Part shown: piece by piece, positions 17,286 to 23,033 of the stretch
Layout: each line of letters begins with the position of its first letter
Numbering within the stretch: position 1 is the first letter of the stretch
Assembly: GCA_038534095.1 (NCBI GenBank)
Contig: JBCAXK010000023.1
Location: forward strand, 1-23,033
DNA: 23,033 nucleotides
Reading direction: 5' to 3'
Origin: Chlamydiota bacterium
GTDB taxonomy: Bacteria > Chlamydiota > Chlamydiia > Chlamydiales > SM23-39
Notes under the pieces: generated by a model
The model's input: only the letters and a program-made list of their open reading frames with translations
What the model was told of the DNA's origin: nothing
Databases searched by the model: none
Program-made: the position numbers and the translations under genes

Positions 17286-18350
17286 CTATAACACTGCCTG
17301 CAATTCTGGGTAGATTTTTTGCAACATGTGCTCATAGAGGTATTTCAATTCTTCTAGATTTAACCCCTCTTTGATCCGAAACAACATCGCTTCCTCGCTA
17401 GCACGATCAAAGTCTGATAGGGCTTCTTCGAGAGATTGTACAGGACTGAGAAGCACTCCGTAGCGGCTAAAACGCTTTGTGTTTAGCGATTGATGACAAA
17501 GAAGCTGCCGGCAGCCTAGAGTCAGCGCTTTACAGCAACGGAACGGATTGTCATGACTGAAAGGGTAGATGCCGGTTGCTAATGAAGTCATTACAACGTC
17601 ATCGGCATGGTCGGGGCTAATGCACTCATTGCCCGCAGTCTCTAGACGGTTGTATTCAGAAACGATGTGCTCAGCAACATCGGCTGTATAGGCAATCGCG
17701 TAGCCAATCGTGTACCACTCATTTTGCCAAATGGGGGTGGAATAGAAGCTTTTTGTATGCGTTTTTGCAAAATGGGCCGCGGCGTGTACATTGATGAACG
17801 TGTTGACGTTTGTACGGATAAAATGGGTATATTGCCCCTGAAAGTATTCCATCGCTTTGATCGTTTTATGCAAAATCCGATCATATCCTGTTTTTGTAAA
17901 ATGGGCATCGCCCACATAAAGAGTGTTCCCCTCAATCCAGACTTGCTCGTTTGTGCCAGGTTTTGGATGCGTGCAAACCATGAAGTAACAATCGACATCT
18001 TCACGCAAGTTCATGTACTGATCCCAGGTTCTTTTCCCTAAAAACCACCGATTATGAACGTAGTCATCTTTGTACTCTGTGGGGACAATGATGAGAACGC
18101 AGGTTTTACTTGGGCTAGAAGAGGGGTGGTTTGTGGGGACGAGAGTGTCCCTTGTCCAATTGCGTAACGCGCAAGGGTTTTGCTGCTTTTGCTGTTTTCC
18201 TCGGTAGTACAGGTGTTTTTTCCGGTTTAAAAGCACGTCTGTTTGTAGTGAGTCTCCTCGATCAGAGGCTATGTTGCTCCCAAATACTGGGCTTATGCAA
18301 CAAAAAAACATTAGGATAAAAAAGGAGAGTAGATCTTTGAAAGAAGACAT
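17286..18350 (-). CDS. Secreted hypothetical protein, GT31/galactosyltransferase-like GT-A fold suspected
   Basis: N-terminal signal peptide; ILHKTIKAMEYF...YTHFIRTNVNTFIN and a later DDV motif recall the GT31 pattern; SD-like AAGGA upstream. The ORF is solid but the function is tentative. Confidence 0.6.
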   Translation of the reverse strand: MSSFKDLLSFFILMFFCCISPVFGSNIASDRGDSLQTDVLLNRKKHLYYRGKQQKQQNPCALRNWTRDTLVPTNHPSSSPSKTCVLIIVPTEYKDDYVHNRWFLGKRTWDQYMNLREDVDCYFMVCTHPKPGTNEQVWIEGNTLYVGDAHFTKTGYDRILHKTIKAMEYFQGQYTHFIRTNVNTFINVHAAAHFAKTHTKSFYSTPIWQNEWYTIGYAIAYTADVAEHIVSEYNRLETAGNECISPDHADDVVMTSLATGIYPFSHDNPFRCCKALTLGCRQLLCHQSLNTKRFSRYGVLLSPVQSLEEALSDFDRASEEAMLFRIKEGLNLEELKYLYEHMLQKIYPELQAVL

Positions 18351-18498
18351 GTTCGAGATTCCTTATGTAAATAAAAAGAAAAAATTTATCAGTATTTACA
18401 GTGAGAATCAAGCAGCAAATTTCATGAACTTTTGTAGCGCAGCTTGGGCTAAAAAATGGTGATCATCAAGAGTTCTCTACTCGTTTTTGATCGATTCT

Positions 18499-18673
18499 AA
18501 CAGCCTATTTCTATAGCGCGCTATTCCTGTATTTTGTAGCGCCTATTCCCCCCCATTTCTTCTGGATAAGGCGTTTAGCGTAGCGATATGGATTAGAAGT
18601 TTTTTGCAACGATAGAATGGAAAAAAAGAGGGGGCTTTTACCTATCTCGGGCCAGCTGTTTTCATGGGCTGTT
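18499..18673 (+). other. 175-nt region closed by a 10-bp inverted repeat with internal stems
   Basis: AACAGCCTAT 18499-18508/ATGGGCTGTT 18664-18673 (one T-G); ATAGC/GCTGT; AGCGCCT 18538-18544/AGGCGTT 18569-18575. Confidence 0.45.
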
Positions 18674-19411
18674 TTAGTGGGAGGCAGATCTAATGACGTC
18701 TTTTTTCGGATGGCTCGAGAAAAGAGCTTCTAGCTCTTTTTCTCTCAGCACTTTGAAAAGACCTTTGGGCAGAGCTCCAAGGCGGAGATTGCCGATGCGG
18801 ATTCTTTTTAAACTAAGCAGCGTAAGACGGGCTTTTTCCACCATGAGACGCACCTCATGTTTTTTTCCTTCAGTGACAATGATGCTACAAGTATTTTTTC
18901 GGATTTTCTTCACCCGCTTTGCTTGTACTTTTTTCCCAAGGATATAAAGCGGTTTCCCAAGCGCAACGAGCTCAGAGGAACCGAGCGGCTCCTTGGTTTT
19001 GATGATGTACTCTTTTTCAATATTTTGCTTGGGATGGATGATCTCTTGTTTGAGAAATCCGTTATTGGTGATGAGCAGTAGACCCTCTGTGTCTTTATCT
19101 AAACGCCCTACAGTAAAAAGCCGTTTTTCCGATGAGGGGAGGAGATCAAAAACAAGACGCTGTTTTGGGCTAGAGCGCACATTCGAACAGACAAACCCGC
19201 GAGGTTTGTTGAGGAGGTAAACTACGCTTGGAGGCTGGCTTGGGAGGGGTTTGCCGCTCACCGAAATATGATCTTTCGTCGGGTCGACCCGCGTCTCTGG
19301 GAGTAAGACTTTCTCCCCGTTCACAAGAACCAAACCTTCTTGGATCAGTTTTTCAGCGGCTCTTCTCGAAGAGATACCCGCTCTACTCATTACTTTACTT
19401 AGTCTTTCCAT
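18674..19411 (-). CDS. rluB: rRNA pseudouridine synthase, RsuA/RluB family
   Basis: S4 domain (RLSKVMSRAGISSRRAAE), LNKPRG, catalytic VGRLDKDTEGLLL, EGKKHEVR; the exact paralogue name is less certain than the family. Confidence 0.9.
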   Translation of the reverse strand: MERLSKVMSRAGISSRRAAEKLIQEGLVLVNGEKVLLPETRVDPTKDHISVSGKPLPSQPPSVVYLLNKPRGFVCSNVRSSPKQRLVFDLLPSSEKRLFTVGRLDKDTEGLLLITNNGFLKQEIIHPKQNIEKEYIIKTKEPLGSSELVALGKPLYILGKKVQAKRVKKIRKNTCSIIVTEGKKHEVRLMVEKARLTLLSLKRIRIGNLRLGALPKGLFKVLREKELEALFSSHPKKDVIRSASH

Positions 19412-19456
19412 GGCAAATATTATACAAGAAAGAGAGAAACTTGGTATGATAAAAAT
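19412..19456. promoter_or_regulatory. 45-bp bidirectional promoter, both directions apparently leaderless
   Basis: Plus: extended -10 TG-G-TATGAT 19442-19450, 6 nt, ATG 19457. Minus: TATAAT (19424-19419), 7 nt, ATG 19411. Confidence 0.65.
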
Positions 19457-20140
19457 ATGAAAAATCGATTAATTCTCTTAAGACATGGGCAATCCCTATT
19501 CAATAAAAAAAATATTTTTACAGGATGGGTCGATGTTCCTTTAAGCAAACAGGGGATTGAGGAGGCAATTCTCGCCGGCAAACAGCTAAAAGACCTCCCC
19601 ATTGATGTGATTTATACCTCCACCTTGATCCGCGCTCAGATGACAGCTTGTTTGGCGATGAGTGAGCATTCCACCACCAAAGTGCCCGTTATGATCCGCT
19701 CAGAAGAGAGCAAGGAGGGTGTTTGGGGCAAAGTGCATAGCCCAGAATGTGAAAAAGAGCTTCTTCCTATGTACATCGATTCTCGCTTAAACGAGCGGAT
19801 GTATGGAGATTTGCAAGGATACAATAAGCAGGCTACGCGAGAAAAATTTGGGGAAAAACAGGTACATCTTTGGCGAAGAAGTTATGATGTAAGACCTCCT
19901 CAAGGGGAAAGTCTCGAAGATAACACGAAAAGAACCCTTCCCTACTTTCAGGAAACGATCCTTCCCTCTTTGGAGAAGGGCAATCATGTGCTCATCGCCG
20001 CGCATGGCAATTCTTTAAGAGCCATTGTCAAATTTTTAGATGGCCTTTCTAATGAAGAGATTTTAGGTTTAGAAATTCCTACAGGGAAGCCCCTCATTTA
20101 TGAGTATGGAGCGGGATCTTTTACGAAGGGGTCCCTTTGA
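19457..20140 (+). CDS. gpmA: 2,3-bisphosphoglycerate-dependent phosphoglycerate mutase
   Basis: LLRHGQS, FTGWVDVPLS, LNERMYGDLQG, WRRSYDV.PP.GESL, AHGNSLR. Confidence 0.97.
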   Translation: MKNRLILLRHGQSLFNKKNIFTGWVDVPLSKQGIEEAILAGKQLKDLPIDVIYTSTLIRAQMTACLAMSEHSTTKVPVMIRSEESKEGVWGKVHSPECEKELLPMYIDSRLNERMYGDLQGYNKQATREKFGEKQVHLWRRSYDVRPPQGESLEDNTKRTLPYFQETILPSLEKGNHVLIAAHGNSLRAIVKFLDGLSNEEILGLEIPTGKPLIYEYGAGSFTKGSL

Positions 20141-21027
20141 ACGAAAAGCTCACCAAGGATATGGCCAAAATGACCGGCCTATCCCAATTTACAGCAACGC
20201 TCCATAGAGGCGTTTATGAAGCGCTTACGAAAGTGATTTTGGATGCCTACTTTTCCACAACGCTTCTTGAGGGGAAAAGCCATTTTGCGTTCATTGGCCA
20301 TTTTGTCCATATTCCCTATTTTTTCTCTCTTGAAGAGGCCTACTGCTCGGTCCGAAGGTACGATACTGCGGAGGTCGATACCTTCTCCTCTGAAATTTTT
20401 GGTCCTAGAACAGCCCTGATTGTCGTGACAAGCGGAGATCTTTATACGAAAGAGCCATGCAATATGGTTCCCATTATAGAGAAAGCCGCAGAAAACAAGG
20501 TTCCGCTTCACGTCGAAATCACTCCAACAATTGGATTGCAATCGTCATTGATTGAAGAAGATAAAATCGACTCGCTCAGCTTCATGACAGAGGCGATCGG
20601 CGCTCCATTAGGATCCCTTTTGCTCTCGAAAAAAGAGAGCTTTCTTGATCCTCATGCTGTTGAAGAGTCCTTTTATGAAGAGGTGCGAGAAAAAGCGCTT
20701 GAGGTACAAACGACCTTTAGCGCAAGGCTTCTCAGCTTTGCCAAGAAAAAGCGGCTTCTTGTCAAAAAGGTGCAGGAAAAAATCCCAGGATTTCAAGAGT
20801 TGCCTGCGCTACCATCTACCCTAACAGGCACGATTCCTCATATTTATGGGGAAGCGCTGGCGTTTCGGGCGAAGTTAGCGGGTCTTCCTCTTGCCTATCA
20901 TCCGAGTCACCCAGCAAAAATTGCGTTAGAGATCTCTGCAGACATGAGCGGAGAGAAGATTGAAGAGAGCGCCACGATTCTTGCAAGGGAAGTGCAGGCT
21001 TTACAAATGATCGCGGGTCGCCCATGA
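20137..21027 (+). CDS. Highly divergent NifS/IscS-like (class V aminotransferase fold) protein, catalytic motifs missing
   Basis: Position between gpmA and nifU as in chlamydiae; remnants PRTALIVV, VPLHVE, IDSLSF....IGAP.G, IYGEAL; TTGA and ATGA overlaps with both neighbours. Confidence 0.65.
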   Translation: MNEKLTKDMAKMTGLSQFTATLHRGVYEALTKVILDAYFSTTLLEGKSHFAFIGHFVHIPYFFSLEEAYCSVRRYDTAEVDTFSSEIFGPRTALIVVTSGDLYTKEPCNMVPIIEKAAENKVPLHVEITPTIGLQSSLIEEDKIDSLSFMTEAIGAPLGSLLLSKKESFLDPHAVEESFYEEVREKALEVQTTFSARLLSFAKKKRLLVKKVQEKIPGFQELPALPSTLTGTIPHIYGEALAFRAKLAGLPLAYHPSHPAKIALEISADMSGEKIEESATILAREVQALQMIAGRP

Positions 21028-21719
21028 AACGCTCTATTGAACAAAGAATTCTTTCTCCCAAGTACGTTGGCCGGCTAGAACCAAGAACTGGGATGCGCTA
21101 TTCGTTTGTAGAAGAGATCGATTCTGTACGTAGGGCGAGGCTCAGCCTAAGCCTGCTGATCGATGAAGAAGATGGGATCATCACAGACGCTGCGTTCCAT
21201 GTCTTTGGTCCTCCATATCTGATTTTAGCCGCCGATCTCCTTTGTGAAGTGATCCTCCGGAAAACGCATGTACAGGCAAAAAAGTTGCGCGCCGATATGC
21301 TAGAAAAGGTGCTTGGCCCTTTCCCAGAAAAAGAGGGGAAATGGCTCAACTTTTCGTTAAGCGCTCTCGATGCCGCTCTTGAGCCATTTCTTGATCTCGC
21401 CACAAAAACGGTGACTCCCATCAGCGGGCCTCCCCCCTCAGAAGAGAATTACCATGAAGAGTTTCCTCTACTTTCCCATACAGAAAAGTTGGCGCTGATT
21501 GAAACCATCTTAGATGATGAGATCCGCCCCTACGTCGAAATGGACGCTGGAGGTGTGACGATTCAAGGTCTTGAGGAGTATGTGTTAAAAATTTCCTACG
21601 AAGGGGCTTGCACTACCTGCTACGCAGCGAGTGGCTCCACCCTCTCTGCGATCCAAAATATTTTACAGACCAAGGTCCATCCCGATCTCACGGTCACTCC
21701 TGTAGATCTATTTGTGTGA
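21024..21719 (+). CDS. NifU-family Fe-S cluster protein (IscU-like N-domain + NifU C-domain)
   Basis: PKYVG, GIITDAAF..FG in the N-domain; IRPYVEMDAGGV...YEGACTTC...TL in the C-domain. Confidence 0.9.
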   Translation: MKRSIEQRILSPKYVGRLEPRTGMRYSFVEEIDSVRRARLSLSLLIDEEDGIITDAAFHVFGPPYLILAADLLCEVILRKTHVQAKKLRADMLEKVLGPFPEKEGKWLNFSLSALDAALEPFLDLATKTVTPISGPPPSEENYHEEFPLLSHTEKLALIETILDDEIRPYVEMDAGGVTIQGLEEYVLKISYEGACTTCYAASGSTLSAIQNILQTKVHPDLTVTPVDLFV

Positions 21720-22461
21720 CTTTCCCGGAAAAAAACTCCTCTAAGGCTCTTTCTTCTTTTGTGACCGAATATTTTGGAGTCTTTTGTAGCAAAAAGCCTC
21801 CTCTAGAAGAAACCCCTACAAATCGCCCCCGATGCTTGGTTTTTCCATCATCAAATACGACGGTTTTCCCCAAGTAACAAAGGCGTTTTTTTAGCTCAGG
21901 AAGGATGGAAGAGGCTCCCTTTGTCCGCATCTCGCCTAGGTCCCTCGTCAACATGATCACGATCTCATAAAGAAGCTCCTGTTTGTTCCAAGATCTTTGA
22001 GTGATCATTTCTAAAGAAGTGGCCGCTTGGGGAATTTTGGAGAGATCTTGTTCTCCCATCGATATGTTCAAACCAAAACCGACAATAAAGTGCCACAAGG
22101 TGGGCTCTTCTAGAAGCTCTACCAAAACGCCTCCACATTTTTTTCCCTCAATCAGCAGGTCGTTCGGCCATTTGATTTTCGGGAAAACCTCCTTACTCTC
22201 TAAGACTTTTGTGATGCTAAGTGTGGTCATTTGTCCGATCAGCTGGGGAGGGATTTCCCCTTTTTTAGAGGAGAAATAGGCGCTGACATACAAATTCTGA
22301 CCTTGAGGAGAGTGCCAAGATGTTCCTTTTGTGCCTTGCCCTTGTGTCTGCTCATCGGCTGAAACAAACGTGATCTTTTTGCGGTCCCAGCCGTGGCAGC
22401 GCTCTTTTACGTACTTTTGTGTCGAAGAGACCGTCGAAATAGACAGGATTTCATAGTCCAT
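21694..22461 (-). CDS. birA: Biotin--[acetyl-CoA carboxylase] ligase, no N-terminal HTH
   Basis: VSSTQ, ADEQTQGQG..G..W.SP, NLYVS, KWPNDL...GKK.GGVLVE, VGFGLN, ATSL. Confidence 0.95.
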   Translation of the reverse strand: MDYEILSISTVSSTQKYVKERCHGWDRKKITFVSADEQTQGQGTKGTSWHSPQGQNLYVSAYFSSKKGEIPPQLIGQMTTLSITKVLESKEVFPKIKWPNDLLIEGKKCGGVLVELLEEPTLWHFIVGFGLNISMGEQDLSKIPQAATSLEMITQRSWNKQELLYEIVIMLTRDLGEMRTKGASSILPELKKRLCYLGKTVVFDDGKTKHRGRFVGVSSRGGFLLQKTPKYSVTKEERALEEFFSGKVTQIDLQE

Positions 22462-22885
22462 ACATGAAAAGATAACACCTTGAGCTCCATTTTGCTAAGA
22501 TAAACTTATGGAGCGTTTTTGGAGTTATCGACTCTAGAAGCTCTACCAAAACGCCTCCACATTTTTTTCCCTCAATCAGCAGGTCGTTCGGCCATTTGAT
22601 TTTCGGGAAAACCTCCTTACTCTCTAAGACTTTTGTGATGCTAAGTGTGGTCATTTGTCCGATCAGCTGGGGAGGGATTTCCCCTTTTTTAGAGGAGAAA
22701 TAGGCGCTGACATACAAATTCTGACCTTGAGGAGAGTGCCAAGATGTTCCTTTTGTGCCTTGCCCTTGTGTCTGCTCATCGGCTGAAACAAACGTGATCT
22801 TTTTGCGGTCCCAGCCGTGGCAGCGCTCTTTTACGTACTTTTGTGTCGAAGAGACCGTCGAAATAGACAGGATTTCATAGTCCAT
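22451..22885 (-). pseudogene. birA: Truncated duplicate of the birA 5' half created by the tandem repeat (possibly an assembly artefact)
   Basis: Identical to BirA up to ...GGVLVELLE, then reads into birA upstream sequence and stops. Confidence 0.6.
22462..22498 (-). promoter_or_regulatory. Putative leaderless birA promoter (repeated 424 bp further right)
   Basis: Minus strand TG-T-TATCTT (hexamer 22474-22469), 7 nt, ATG 22461; TTAGCA/TAGCAA 18/17 nt upstream; no SD. Confidence 0.55.
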
Positions 22886-23033
22886 ACATGAAAAGATAAC
22901 ACCTTGAGCTCCATTTTGCTAAGATAAACTTATGGAGCGTTTTTGGAGTTATCGACTCTAGAAGCTCTACCAAAACGCCTCCACATTTTTTTCCCTCAAT
23001 CAGCAGGTCGTTCGGCCATTTGATTTTCGGGAA

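Larger units (their letters stand above)
22109..23033. repeat. Perfect tandem repeat, 424-bp unit, two full copies plus 77 bp, running to the window end
   Basis: Unit starts TCTAGAAGCTCTACC at 22109, 22533 and 22957; no differences seen between copies. Confidence 0.97.

Noticed and set aside
5549..22279. Numerous 60-125 aa ORFs nested in or antisense to the large genes
   Set aside because: Shadow frames of well-supported CDSs with no motifs or independent start signals
22528..22538. TCGACTCTAGA at the repeat junction resembles a pUC polylinker
   Set aside because: Only 11 bp, produced by joining two genomic pieces; flanks do not continue as vector sequence
22109..23033. CRISPR array or mobile element
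   Set aside because: The unit is 424 bp of birA sequence with no spacers, terminal repeats or transposase

Overview
Chromosomal segment of a Chlamydiota bacterium, most likely an environmental (non-Chlamydiaceae) lineage. This is inferred from gene neighbourhoods I recall from chlamydial genomes: hemH next to a FliY-like binding protein, DUF47-pit, and rluB/gpmA/NifS-like/NifU-like/birA. The left 3 kb is an AT-rich accessory block of four unannotated ORFs with hydrophobic-hairpin (Inc-like) architecture. It is followed by a GT9 glycosyltransferase, a CAD/Bacteroidota-type carAB pair, hemH, a lipoprotein solute-binding protein, a DUF47-pit-glgP operon, an orphan flavoprotein monooxygenase, a secreted GT31-like protein, and the rluB / gpmA / degenerate cysteine-desulfurase-like / NifU-like / birA block. 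The window ends in a perfect 424-bp tandem repeat of the birA 5' end whose last partial copy is exactly 77 bp, probably an assembly loop. Two non-coding patterns stand out. First, nearly every long intergenic spacer folds into multi-helix hairpins whose wobble (G-T) pairs fall on the + strand regardless of flanking gene direction. Second, five housekeeping genes have a -10 box 6-7 nt before the ATG, suggesting leaderless mRNAs. No tRNA, rRNA, CRISPR array, transposase or integrase was recognised. All folding and homology calls were made by eye and need computational confirmation.
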